From: Podarcis bocagei | Lineage: Eukaryota | Length of the DNA stretch: 64,000 nt | Strand: one strand, 5' to 3' | Assembly: GCA_964188305.1 (NCBI GenBank) | Contig: OZ076901.1 | Part shown: positions 39,265 to 51,183 of the stretch, one piece after another | Numbering within the stretch: position 1 is the stretch's first letter | Layout of the letters: every line of letters starts with the position of its first letter | Program-made: the position numbers and the translations under genes | Notes under the pieces: model-generated | What the model was told of the DNA's origin: nothing | What the model saw: only the letters and a program-made list of their open reading frames with translations | The model's database searches: none

Positions 39265-40151
39265 CTCTAGAACATAGGAAGCTAGTCCAGCAACAACTCG
39301 GTGACCCAAGGTAGAAGAAGGTTGATCTACGCTGACTGACCACAGTTCTCCAGGGTTTCAGGCAGGGAACACTTCTAGATGCCTAGAGATGCCACTGGGG
39401 ATTGAACCTGGGACCTTACGCATGCAAAGCAGATGCTCCACCACTGAGCTACGGAAGCTCAAGCTTTTATCCTTGGTGGGCCTAACCCTGCTGCCTTCCC
39501 CCAAACTTCTGAGGTTGGAGCAAAAAGACTCAGAGAGCTAGCATAGAAAGGGGCTTGACTCTTCCATACGTACTGTCCATGCATTTTTTCCATATAATTT
39601 TGGGCATAACTAGTCAGGGTTTTTCTTAATGCACGAGTGGCTTGGACATAAGTGGGCCCTCTGTATACCAGAGGTGATGCTAACACAAGCAAAGATGATG
39701 AGTTGGGTTGTAGCCACTATGCTGTGTATAAATCCGTTTGCAGTAGACTCCTCTTCCGTTCCTTTTGGCGGCATGTTCGTTTCGCTTCCAGAACCCCACC
39801 TGTGCCCTCTTCCTCCAGCTCAGCCAGTTGCTTATTTGCAGCTGTTCGTTTTGATTAGCACTCTCTTCTGCCCACTCTACACAAACTTTTCCTGGGCTTT
39901 TTGCATGTCAGAAGCCAAACTAACCCTCTGGATGGGCAGGGCTGTCCCTGCTGTTGGGAAGGAACCAGGGATCCCATTGGATTCTCTGCTTGGGAAATCT
40001 GAGGAAGGCAGCTTCTTCCTTGTTGTGTGAATGCAAACCCTTGAGTGGGGAGGAGGAGTGGAAGGGCGCCTGGCTGGTCGCTGCTGCCTTACCATGGCAT
40101 TGTTTGGGGGCCTGCTCTCCTCACAACATCTTAATGTATCTGCAACTATAG

Positions 40152-40964
40152 TTGGATGTCCAGAGTGCAGGAAAGGAGGACCCCCGGAACCCCCGCAGCC
40201 CAGAGCCCCCAGAACGCCCTGGGAGGGTGAAGAGCCCAGAGCCCCCTGGGAAGGTGAAGAGCCCAGAGCCCCCTGGGAAGGTGAAGAGCCCAGAGCCCCC
40301 TGGGAGGGTGAAGAGCCCAGAGCCCCCCGGGAAGGTGAAGAGCCCAGAGCCCCCTGGGAGGGTGAAGAGCCTAGAGCCACTGCTCAACGGGGACACCCAG
40401 CATTCCTGCCCTCCCGGCCAAGCCATGAATGGCCTGGAGGGCTCCCAAGGAGCTGGCTCATCGACTCAGCCCGAGCCACCTGCTGACGATGCCCAGGGCC
40501 TCTCCCGCAAGAGAGTGGTGAGGGTGGTGCGGAAGGTGGTGCGGAAAGTGCTTCCAGGGGAGGATTCTGGGGGCTCCAAGGAGCCGGGACGAGATATCAA
40601 GTCCACGGAGCCAAGCAAGAAGGAGGAGAAGCCTCCTGCCAAGGTGCAGCCCCCACCTGCAAGGGTGCTCTCTCCGTCCCCTCGGCCACCCTCTTCCTTG
40701 AAGTCTGAGCCCAAGGAGGCAGCCCCCAAGGATGACCTCTCAGTGGGGCTCAAGAGCCTGATGTCGAGAGGCAGGACCAGAGAGCATCGGCCCCGTGCCA
40801 AGCTGCCAGAGAAGAAAGAGGAGGAGAAGAAGCCCCCAGAGAAGACAAAGACCCCGCCTCTTGCGGAAGGGAAGGCCACAGACACAAAGGGGAGTCAGGC
40901 GCCAAAGGGGCCTCCTGCAGCTCCAGCGAAGCTGGCAATACAGAAAGCCACCACTGCGAATAAG
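40152..40964 (+). CDS. MYO18A: Putative gamma-type large Pro/Lys/Ser/Glu-rich exon (271 aa, LDVQSAGKED...KATTANK)
   Basis: Branch-like cttaat then ctatag|TTG; AAG|gtacta donor; 813 nt open, phase 0 to 0; GC-rich third codon positions typical of coding sequence; longest intronic ORF. Confidence 0.8.
40218..40379 (+). repeat. Coding 27-bp minisatellite, 6 copies, PG(R/K)VKSPEP
   Basis: Near-identical units cctggga(g/a)ggtgaagagcccagagccc, in frame within the 813-nt exon. Confidence 0.95.
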
Positions 40965-42032
40965 GTACTAGTGCATGAGCACCGCAGCTTGGCGGGCGCA
41001 CGAGGCCAGCATCTGAGCATGTGCAGAGTGCCTTTGTGTTCCTCACCTGGGCAGGGCGGGCAGTGAACTTTGGCTCCCAGAGTCTGGAGGGGGTCCTCAA
41101 TGCATGGAGTGTGCTGCTAGTCCTGCCACAGCGAGGCTCTTCTTTCTCTCGGGGAGTGTGTTGTGCTCTCTCTTTACCCCACCCTGTGTCGCCCCCACCA
41201 GGCAGCTGTTTTGGTGCTTAGGGCAGCTTCTGATTGGTGTGCTTAACAGCCCATGTGCCACTTTGACCATGCCATGAGGCTCCTCGCCTTCATTTCAAGC
41301 ACACATGAAACCCATTTCTGTCTCTTCGAGTTGCAAAGATGAGCTTGAACATGAGCAGGTGATTCTGGGTGGAAGTCCAAAAACTGGAGGACAGCTGAGC
41401 AGGGTTTGTAAGCTGTCTGTGGAGGGTCTTTAATAGTTTCTTCCCCTCAGGGGAAATCTAAGCAGATTATATCAGAGTGTATAAATATCAGTATTCAGGT
41501 TGCAAAATTTGGGTTGAAAAGTGGAGCTTTCCAGCATTTTAAAGCTGTAGTGCTTTTTAGATTCATTGAGGAGACAGGAGTGGAGAAGCCATAGCATGGC
41601 TGTGTTCTGCATCCACAGGTGAAGGCATTAATATCAATTGCTGGAAACCATAGGAGGTGAGAGCGCTTGAAACCTGGAATGCCGGTTTCCCACTGTGAGA
41701 ACAGGAGGCTGGACTAGATGGGCCACCGGCCTGATCCACCATCAACACCCCCTGCTAAATTTAACCCTAGAATAAACATTGGAATTAAATGTATTCAGTG
41801 AAGATGGGCCCAGAGTGACTCCACTCCTTTATTTTTTTGTTTGTTTAACAAAATTTATATACTGCCTGTTTGTAAGTAGAACCTCTAAGCAATTTACAAA
41901 AATCCCACTTGTTATGCCTGTCTTCAATCTAGCCTGAGCTTCATTGCATCCACGTGACTCATAAGGGGTGTGTGTGTGTGTAAGCATGCATCACTGGGTT
42001 CCTTAAATACAGTTATGACCTCTGTCATCTAG

Positions 42033-42119
42033 ACTCCTTCCAAGGAGAAGCCCCAAACAGCAAAGCCAGCAGAGAAGTCTCCGCCTTCCCTGAGTCCTGG
42101 AGAGGAAACCATCCCACAG
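42033..42119 (+). CDS. MYO18A: Putative gamma-type exon TPSKEKPQTAKPAEKSPPSLSPGEETIPQ
   Basis: ctctgtcatctag|ACT...CAG|gtgtgt; 87 nt, phase 0 to 0; same composition as the 813-nt exon; TGCATG 20 nt downstream. Confidence 0.7.
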
Positions 42120-44093
42120 GTGTGTCTTGAGCTGGAGGTGCATGTAGGGCCCCCTTTGCCTGTGTGCATTGCTGTTGCTGTTGTGCCTTTGCTGAAGGCC
42201 TGTGTTCTGGGGCAGGGAGAAACCTGGGGTGGTGGTGGTTGTGCAGTGAATATGTGTGTTTATTTATGCAAAGTCTCTGGCGACCAAAGAGGCTCACCAC
42301 ACAGATGTCTGTTACCACATGGGGTAGGGGTGCGCAGAATTCAGGCTTGCGGAATCAACTTCCTTCTTTTACTAGGGCTCTGTGATCCACCAACTGGAGC
42401 CAGGTGCAAAAGAGCTCCTAGCCTAGCAATTTGTTTTTGAGTACCACCACAACTCAGCTCAGCTCAACTCACAGCGCTTCTGAACAAAAATCATTTCCAG
42501 GCTACCCTGATATTATTTTCAGCCCTATCAGTTTGGGTGGCATTGGGAAAGCGGGGTGGGAATTATTTCGTTGCTTCTATTGCTAAACCTTTGGGAGTCA
42601 GAAATCTTTGCTGAATTACTGCAGATCATTCTGAGATCTTCCCACCTCTGGATGCACAGATGTGTAGGCACCTCCCAGATTTCTCTCTGCGGAAAAGTTT
42701 TTTCCTGTTCTGTCTGAAGTGTCCTCCTTAACTTATGTTGGGACACACCTACCTTGACTGACGTAGATTTGTATGAAAATGTAGGCCACTGTGTTACTAA
42801 CATAACAGAGCACATGGTTTTGGCATTCAAAGGCTTTCATGTTTGTGTTCAGAGGGTTTTTGTGATCAGAGTGTTGTACCTTTGCCCCATGCAACATGAA
42901 CCTCACCTGGGTAAACGGTGCCTGATTCTCAGCACTCTAAAGTATGGCCTCTGGGCTGGCAGGAGGAGGTTTGAAGTATAGGGCCAGAACTGGGTATATA
43001 TTCTCCTAAGCCAGACACTGGATTGGTCAGGTGGCTTATAGAAGCTCTAATGAGCAGCTAAGGTGGCATGGTCCATTTCTGCTTGTACTCTTGCAGTGTT
43101 GGCCCACCTGGGGAAAGCCATCTCTTGGCTGCAGCTGCCTCTTAGGGCTGCCAGCTTTTGATTTCAAAAACTCCACTCCCTGGAGAATGAGGGACAGAAC
43201 CCGGCTGGCTTTGGGATTGTGGCCACTAGCCCCCAAACCCTAAACTGAACAACTAACTGCCTTCATTACACATTTTTAGGTGCTAGAGAAAAGCATTCTT
43301 CTTTTCCCAGGCCTTTGGCTAATTAAATAATCTATGGCCTTTTAAAAAGTTTATGTCTTGGGGGGAATATTGTTTTGGTTTTTACTACAGTATATGTATT
43401 TTGTGTTTTTATATGGTAAACCACCCTGTGATCCTCGAATGAAGGGTGGTATAGAAATGTAATAAATATTTGTAATAACTTTGCCTGCTTGGCTTTAAAC
43501 GTTGCATTGGCATTACAGACACCAGCATTGGCTATCTAGCCATTGGTCGAGATTTCCCCACCCCCCCTAGTCCAGACCAATATTTATTGATTCACATTTA
43601 TATCTCACCTTTTTCTCCAAGGAGTTCAAGGTGGCATATGACATTCTTCCCCTCCTCCTTCAATCCCCACAACAACCCTATGAGGTAGGTTAGGCTGAGA
43701 GGCAGTGCCTGACCCCCCCAAGGTCAACCAGGGAGCTTCACGATCGAGTGGGGGATTTGAACTCTGTTCTCTACCAGGTCCTGGTCCAACACTCTTAACC
43801 AGTTGGCAAGACAGCTCCACCTAGAGTGTCATGATGCTTAGGTTCCAGTGGTCCTGCCTTGCTGATCTCCAAGACTGTTGGGTGGGTCTTGGGCAAAGTG
43901 AGCTTGGCTGGTCCCTGCCATTGCTGGAGGCCACAGAAGACTTGCTGAGGGTTCTGCTGCCTCTGTCTTTCCTTGTTGCTGCTTGTAGGTGAGACACCCT
44001 TCTCCTCTTCGCTGCTGGTCCCTTGACTTTACAGCTTACCTCTCTCTCTCTCTCTGTCTCTCTTTTTCTCTCCTCTCTCCTTTCCTGGGTTAG

Positions 44094-44129
44094 CCGGAGC
44101 CTGCGACCACCACGGCTGCACTCCCCCAG
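44094..44129 (+). CDS. MYO18A: 36-nt cassette exon PEPATTTAALPQ
   Basis: Long pyrimidine tract then gggttag|CCG...CAG|gtactg; phase 0 to 0; same size and position as a 12-aa cassette recalled upstream of AKTEEQ in mammalian MYO18A. Confidence 0.75.
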
Positions 44130-44868
44130 GTACTGTACCCCAGCGCGCCGGAGGACCCCCTTCTATCTCCCGTCTGCCTCTGGGTTGATGTGTGTGCTCG
44201 CGCCACGTGCTGGAGTGTAAGGCTTTATTCACCTCTTGGCATCCGGCCTGGGCCTCCCCTTTCCATCATGCTAGACAAGAGAGAGATGACTTGTTTGCAC
44301 ACAGCTGGGCGGGCGTTGGGGAGGGAGGGAGGGAGGGAGGGGGCAGCAGCAGGGTGGGGCAGGGGTGGAAGCCTCCATGTCACATGCCAAAGCTATTGCT
44401 GGCATCATGGGAAGTGGGGCCGCTTCTCTCGGAAGGGGCAAAAGGCCACCTACTTTCAGCATCCAAAAGTGACACTGTCCGGATCCTTCCCCTTCCCCTG
44501 ACGGATCAATCCGGGCCCCATCTTAGAGCCCTGGTGAGTTGCTTTACCGTGGAAATGGGACAGAGAGCTCTGGGTGACACAAGTGAGGGTTGGGGAAATG
44601 GGGGGGGGGAGCCCAGCCGTTTAAGGAGGAAAAAACCCCAGGGATCAGCTATCGGCCTGGCCTGGCCTGAAAGTCAGTGGGTGGGTGGGGAAGACTCATC
44701 CTCAACTTGATGATCGTTTCTTAGCCCTCAAGAGTCATTAGCAACAACCTTTCTCTACTTTCATGCTGCCCGCTGTTCGTGTTACCCTGCCAGCAGCACA
44801 TGTAGGCAGCGCTTCTGCAGAGTAGCCTTTGGGTCCCTGCCCCAAGGAGCTTACCAAACTACCTTTCA

Positions 44869-44988
44869 ATGGAAAGGGAGACAAACAAAAGAGAAAAGGC
44901 CAGCAGGGAGGAAAATTGCATACAGGTGGACTATTTGGGGGCGCGGGGTGAGGACCAAAGGGGAAGAGCAGAGACCAGGACCATGCAG
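44869..44988 (+). CDS. MYO18A: Candidate short-isoform (beta-type) first exon ending ...RTMQ (ATG at 44869 or 44983)
   Basis: ACCATGCAG|gtgagc is a strong phase-0 donor, in frame with AKTEEQ; G/GC-box-rich region upstream at 44306-44370. Confidence 0.4.
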
Positions 44989-47078
44989 GTGAGCTGGAAG
45001 GCTCAGCGGTCTGTTTTCCAGGTGCCTCTGGGCACTCCCAAGCAGAATACGAAGGCAAGAGACACCCTGTGTTGTTTCTTTTCAGGATCTGGCACTGAAG
45101 GGTGGGTGGCAGCAGCATCCAGTGGATTCAAACATGGGGCTTCTGTTTTAACGATAGTGACTAACAAAAGTTGGGGGAAGGCTTGTAGCTCTGTGGTGCA
45201 GAGTGCCCACTTTTTGATGCAGAAGCCAGCATCTCCAGGTAGGGCTGAGAGACGCCCTACCTGAAGTGCTGGTGAGAGGCTGCCAGGCAATACTGAGCTA
45301 GATAGGCCAGTGGGTCGGACTCAGTATAAGGCAGCTTTCTGTGATTGGCCTGTGTCTCAGAATCCACCCTTGGTGTCCCACCTATTATGATGTTACAAAG
45401 GTGCACACATTTGGTCCATTAGTGGTGGCACCCTTTCGCTTGGGGGCAGCTATCCCTGAGGGTTTGGAAGGTTGGCTCAGCTGCGACCTTCATTGCTGCA
45501 GGGAACCTGCTCTCTTTATATGCTGCCAAGTAGACTTTTCCTCTCTCCACGCCTTAGTTTCCCTTTTCTCGTGGTAGGGCTAATAGCATGGCAGACAGGG
45601 AGACTACAGAGCCAGGTGTTCCCTTTTTGTGGGGGGTGGAGGTAGTATGGTGCTGCTGGTTCCCCCACCCACCCTGATCTCGCCTGGAGGCGGGCATCCA
45701 GATTAACCTGGCCCACATTGCTTCCCTTCCTGTCAGCTCCCACAGGCTCAGGCGGACGATGCCCCAGCAGCTGCTTTTGGGCTGGCCTCTGCTGTCTCTC
45801 GGCCGCAGGTTTGGCTGCTCCATTCACAACTCTTGTTGCTTGTGGGCGTCTGTGGCTTGAAGCTTGCGGGAGGGGAAGGGTTGTGCTTGGTGTGGGTGAA
45901 GAAAGCTGCCTTGGATTTGTGTGTGGTTCCATGAAGGGGATTTCTTTTTCTGAGTCCGTCCTCCATAGATGGTCTCTGGATCAAGGGAAGCCATTATAGA
46001 TATAATGATGTACCTTTCCAGGGATTGTGGGTGAGACACGTGTTGTCATCCTCATCCTTCTCATGCTCATCCCTATCCCCATTCTTGCAGCAGTCCCATA
46101 AAGCCGGTTGAAAGAGCCCACCCAGTGCACTTTCAGGGTTTTTCTGGGATTTGAACAGGTGACCCTATTCTGCTTTACTACCCCAACAGAATTCATTCTT
46201 GGATGGTTTCTCCTACCCAACCCCACACTTCGAGATGGCCTTCCAGTTGTTGCTTCCCCAACTCTCCTAGCTGCAAGGGCCTGTGACCATAGGCCAGCCT
46301 TTCCCCAACCTGGTTCCCTCCTATTGTTGCTGAAGTACAACTCTCTACATCCCTGGCCTTTGGCCAAGCTTGCTGGGGCTGATGGGAGTTGTGCTTCTGC
46401 AGCATCTGGAAAGCCAAAGGTTCCCCATGTAAAGGGCCCCTGGATTACTTCGTCCATTTCAAGCTGGGGTTTTTTGCATGCTCCATTCACCGTTCTCCTC
46501 GCCTTGTTCTGTCTGCACCTCTGGAGTTTTGATTGTGTGTGTTTCGGTTTGGGGAGGGGGGGCAGTGCCGCATGCCGCATGCTCTTTGCTCTTTCCATGG
46601 AGCTGCCTTGCTCGCTTTGGGGAGGGGGGGCTGCACATTTAACCCCTCTGGAGGTTGAACCCAGCCGGCCTGATCAGAGTTGAGCTTTGGTAGTGGTGAT
46701 GGTGACGGTTCTGGTTGTGACATGTCTGAGGGAGGGGGAGTCTTGTGGGTTCTGTGCATCAGGCAGGAGAGCAGGTGGGCCTGTGCAAAGTGCAAGATAG
46801 GAGCAGGAAAGTTCTGTGAGGAAGGCTGTGCACGCACCAGACACTTAAAGCACACAGCTTCCCTAAAGGATCCTGGGAGCTGTAGTCCTGTGACAGGTAA
46901 ACTTCATTTCCCAGGATTCGCTGGGGGAAGATGTGTGCTTTAAATGTACGGTATGTATGCAGCCTAAATGGAGCTGGGCTGAAGTGGGCAGAACTCCCCC
47001 CCCCCCGCTCTGTTCTGTCTGAGGGCCTGTGTAGTGACTCCAGTTGTTTCTTGTCCACCCACCTCCCCATCCCCACAG

Positions 47079-47166
47079 GCCAAGACGGAGGAACAAATTG
47101 CAGCCGAGGAGGCCTGGTATGAGACGGATAAAGTGTGGCTGGTCCACAAGGATGGCTTCTCCTTAG
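47079..47166 (+). CDS. MYO18A: MYO18A exon [29 protein letters not shown] (first common exon, SH3-like N-terminal motor region)
   Basis: ccccacag|GCC...TTAG|gtaagt; 88 nt, phase 0 to 1; recognisable MYO18A peptide. Confidence 0.96.
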
Positions 47167-47529
47167 GTAAGTGGGGGTCAGTTGTTCAGGTGGTGGGGTT
47201 CCTTTTCATGACTTGAGCTCAACCTTCCAGAGAGGCTTCCTGTCCCCAGCTACCCCCAGTTCCCACCAGCAATGTGGGGCTGGGATGAGGTGTTCGTTGA
47301 AGGGGCCGTGTGCTGGAGGATAATATAAATAGCACAGAGAGGAACGAAGGGAAATTCTATTTCAAAATAGTAGAACTGTGGGTTGCTGCTCGATGAAAGC
47401 AGCAGGTAACTGATGGTTACTAGCTTGGGAAATTGAGTGGACTGGGCGGGAGTGGGTTACAAAGTGGAAGGATAATTTTCATCCCCCTGTCAAAATACTC
47501 ATGGACAGCCAATGAAGCTAAATGTTGGA

Positions 47530-47583
<54 letters not shown>
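47530..47583. repeat. (AAT)18 microsatellite, tail of an L2-like fragment
   Basis: Direct reading. Confidence 0.95.
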
Positions 47584-47869
47584 TAATTTATTATTTATAC
47601 CCCGCCCATCTGGCTGGGCCTCCCCAGCCACTCTGGGCGGCTTCCATAAAAACCAAAAATACACACGTTAAAAACTTCCCTGAACAGGGCTGCCTTAAGA
47701 TGTCTCCTGAATGTCAGGTAGTTGTTTATTGCTTTGACATCTGCTGGAAGGGCGTTCCACAGGGCGGGCTGAAAGATTCAGGACAGATTTTTTGAAATGT
47801 CATTCTTCACACTGCTCCTGTTGACATACGTCTGTTTCGGGAGACAGTGGAGCAGTTCTCCTTTGGGGG

Positions 47870-48155
47870 TGAAGTCAAACTGTTGGAATGTTACAGTGCC
47901 TACTGTGGCTGTAGAGACCGGTACGGGAGAGGCATGTTTTGTTGCAGCAGGGGCAGATGAAGGCGTCCAGTGCTACTGCTGCTGCTGCAGATGCACCAGG
48001 GTGTTTCTTCTCTCTGTGCTCCTCCCAGGGGTCACTCCTCCTCTGGTCACTGCTATGGATGCAGGAGCTGACTGTCTCCGGGCGCTGTGACTGTCTGCAA
48101 GGGATCCCCACACAGTGTTGCCGGCCTTCATGCCATGTTTGCCTTCATGCCAGTG
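47870..48155 (-). mobile_element. RTE-clade LINE 3' fragment
   Basis: Minus frame FICPCCNKTCLSRTGLYSHSRHC, a C2H2 finger typical of RTE ORF C-termini. Confidence 0.6.
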
Positions 48156-48601
48156 CATAGTTAAACTATAGAGCTTGCTCCCACAGAGGCCTTGATGGCC
48201 ACCAACCTGGATGGCTTTAAAGAGGATAGACAAATTCATGGAGGCTCTAGAGGGTTATCAATGGTTACCAGCCACAAGGGCTGCGCTCTGCTTCTAGGGT
48301 CGGAGGCAGCAATGCTTCTGAATGCCAGTTTTTGGAAAATGCAGGAAATGAGAGTGCTCTTGTGTTCGGATCCTGCTTGCAGGTTTCCCATGGGTACCTG
48401 GTCTGCCACTGTGAGAACAGGATGCTGGACTAGATGGCCATTAGCCTGATCCAGCAGGGCACGTCTTTCGTCCTGGAAAGCATTTTGTGTTTGGTTGGGC
48501 CACTAGGTGGCAGCATCACATTACCTCTGAGGTTTCCCTCCATGTGTGTTGTGTCTCTTTCATACAACTGACCCTTGTGTCCTGCTTCCCTGCCCACACA
48601 G

Positions 48602-48711
48602 CAAGCCAGCTGAAGACTGATGCTGCCGGCCTTCTGCCTGAGGGGAAAGTCAAGGTGAAACTGGACTATGATGGAGCTCAGCTCGAGGTGGATGAAGACG
48701 ACGTGGAAAAG
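48602..48711 (+). CDS. MYO18A: MYO18A exon (A)[36 protein letters not shown]
   Basis: cacacag|CAAGC...AAG|gtaggt; 110 nt, phase 1 to 0. Confidence 0.95.
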
Positions 48712-48812
48712 GTAGGTGTGGCGGCTGCGCCAGCTGCATCTCGCCTGCAGCCAAAGCTGGATTGACTCCTTGTCCTGCCCAGGTTAATGACATTCCCTCT
48801 CTCTCTGCCCAG

Positions 48813-48989
48813 GCCAACCCTCCGTCGTGCGACCGCGTGGAGGACCTGGCCAGCCTTGTGTATCTCAGTGAGTCTAGCGTCCTGCACACGCTCCGCCAGC
48901 GCTATGGCGGGAACCTCATTCACACCTACGCCGGGCCCAACATGGTGGTCATCAACCCTCTCAGCTCTCCATCCATGTACTCTGAGAAG
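48813..48989 (+). CDS. MYO18A: MYO18A motor exon [42 protein letters not shown]...SMYSEK
   Basis: tgcccag|GCC...AAG|gtgagt; 177 nt, phase 0 to 0; classic myosin head start motif. Confidence 0.97.
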
Positions 48990-49696
48990 GTGAGTGTTGC
49001 GGCTGGGTAGGATGGAGCGGGTTGGCAGAGCGGGCGCTCATTCATTTCTTTGCTTGATCCTCACTTCGTCTGTATGCTGCTTACCCAAGAGGAAAGAATC
49101 CTGCTCAGAGCAGTTTACAACAAATAAAAGAGGAATGTATCCCAGAATCGACCATTGCAAAAACAATTAACTAATAAATAACATAATGAAACAGCAGCGT
49201 GATAGCAAATATAACAACATACAGGGGAGGAACACATTTCAGGACTGTAAATATAACAGGATTTCATTAACCACACAATACTTCCTGGCTGTAGCAGAAA
49301 TAACAAGGGAGCTTGACAGTTTCACCTTGGTTCTAGAAACACCCTCCCCCTTGGTGGGTTTCTCACAGTCCCTCTCCTGCTGCAACTTGCAAGGCTTCCA
49401 GAAGTAGGGGGTGGGGTAGCTGTAAATGCTCCCTCCCATGTTGTTCCTCATTGTTGGGGCTGGCCATGACTTTGGATATTCCCTTGGGGAGAGGAGAGGG
49501 GGCAATGGTCTTTGATATCCCCCCAGTGGAGACGATTGAAGGCTCAAAGTGCCCCTGTTAAAGCCACTCTTTGCTCCCCAGGTGGGACTGCAGAGTTCTG
49601 TTATTTACTTAGAAAATGCATAAACTGCTTAGGAATGTAGAAAGCTTCCTTATACTGAGTCAGACCATTGGTCCATCTAGCTAATTATAGTCTGTA

Positions 49697-49926
49697 CAGT
49701 CATACCTCAGGTTACAGACGCTTCAGGTTGCGCGTTTTCGGGTTACGGACGTGCCAAAACCCGGAAGTACCGGAATGGGTTACTTCCGGGTTTCGGCGCT
49801 AGCGCATGTGCAGAAGTGCTAAATTGCGCTTTGCACACGTGCAGAAGCGCCAAATCACGACCCACACATGTGCAGACGCGGCACTGCGGGTTGTGAACAT
49901 GCCTCCTGCACGGATCACGTTTGCTG
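49697..49926. mobile_element. Tigger-like MITE (degenerate right TIR) inserted in a tRNA-derived SINE
   Basis: TA|CAGTCATACCTC...CTG|TA; CpG-rich, with internal inverted repeats; SINE sequence resumes on both sides. Confidence 0.6.
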
Positions 49927-50972
49927 TACTGGCTGGCAGGGGCTTTCCAGGGAGGGCATCTTTCCCAGCCCATACTTGAATGTGGGACCTTCTCCATGCA
50001 AAGCAGCTTTTCTTCCACTGAGCTACAGCCCTTCGCTTGATTAAAAACTTTTTATAAATAAAAAGTTATCCAAGTGGTGTACGAATAAGATAGGAGAACA
50101 CAGCTGAAACCTGAAGTGAATTAAAAACATGTAAAATAGTTATCATTGAAACAAATTTGCATAGAACCATCAACAAAGGCAAAATCAATAGAACCTTTAA
50201 AACAGATGTGGGTAACTTAATGGCTTTTCAAAGCAAAAGAGTGTTCATTAGACACCTAAAACACTGAAATGAGAGTGCCTGTCTGGTGTCAATAGGCAAG
50301 GAGTTCCAAAGTGCAGGGCTGCCCCACAAAATGACTGACTCCTCACAGATGTAGTGAGGAGAATCTTCTCTGCAGTGTGTCACTCATGCTGTTTGTTTGT
50401 CTGTGCGTACTGAAATTTATAGACCACATTTTTATTGGTAGCTCAAAGAGATTTAAAAATCGACATCTGGTTAGTGTTGATCAATAGACCAGATTGATAA
50501 CATGGCGTGATAGCAGCCCAGCTGGGCAGCATCCCTAAATCCATCATTAATTCTTATTTAGTTTTACACCCCCCACTCTTGAAATACATTATCCGGGGGG
50601 GGGGGGTGACGGCGGTGGCTTACAATAAAGCTTTAAAACCACAATTGCCATTAGATATTTTAGGATGTATATCCTTGTTTCATAATCATTTTTGTAAGCA
50701 GCTTTGAGTTTGTTTTCTGTTGTTAAAGTGTCTAATAAGAAGAGAAGACCCCCTTTTTGAACTGGACATGCTGTTGGGGGCTGAACCTGGGACCTTCTGC
50801 TTCCAAATAGATGCTCTACCACTGAGCTACAGCCTCTCTCTCCCCTTCTCTCTGGGGCTCCTGTTTCCCAGTTCCAGAAGCCATGCCTGCTTTAATCCTC
50901 CCAGCCTCTCCTCTCCCCCTTGCCCTTTGGCTGCCTCTCTGATGCTGCGCTTAATGCTGCCGCTTCCTCCAG

Positions 50973-51183
50973 GTGATGCACATGTTCAAGGGCTGCCGCA
51001 AGGAGGACACCTCCCCCCACATCTACGCCGTGGCCCAGGCCGCCTACCGGAACATGCTCATGAGCCGCCAGGACCAGTCCATCGTTCTGCTGGGGAGCAG
51101 CAGCAGCGGAAAGACCACCAATTGCCAGCACCTGGTCCAGTACTTGGCCACAGTTGCTGGCAGCTCCGGGAAGGTCTTCTCAG
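50973..51183 (+). CDS. MYO18A: MYO18A motor exon with P-loop-like GSSSSGKT (VMHMFKGC...[16 protein letters not shown]...KVFS)
   Basis: cctccag|GTG...TCAG|gtgggt; 211 nt, phase 0 to 1. Confidence 0.97.

Noticed and set aside
39877-40486. Repetitive ORFs in other frames and strands (ALGSSPSQG, RAPWEGEEP)
   Set aside because: Shadow frames of the 27-bp coding minisatellite; only the 40152 frame has phase-compatible splice sites.
45981-46683. Long ORFs of 191-205 aa on both strands (likewise 20997-21629)
   Set aside because: No recognisable domain, codon bias or splice context; consistent with chance intronic ORFs.
51091-51120. Degenerate P-loop GSSSSGKT and altered switch-1 as a sign of pseudogenisation
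   Set aside because: Class-18 myosins normally have divergent nucleotide-binding motifs, and all exons here are intact and in phase.
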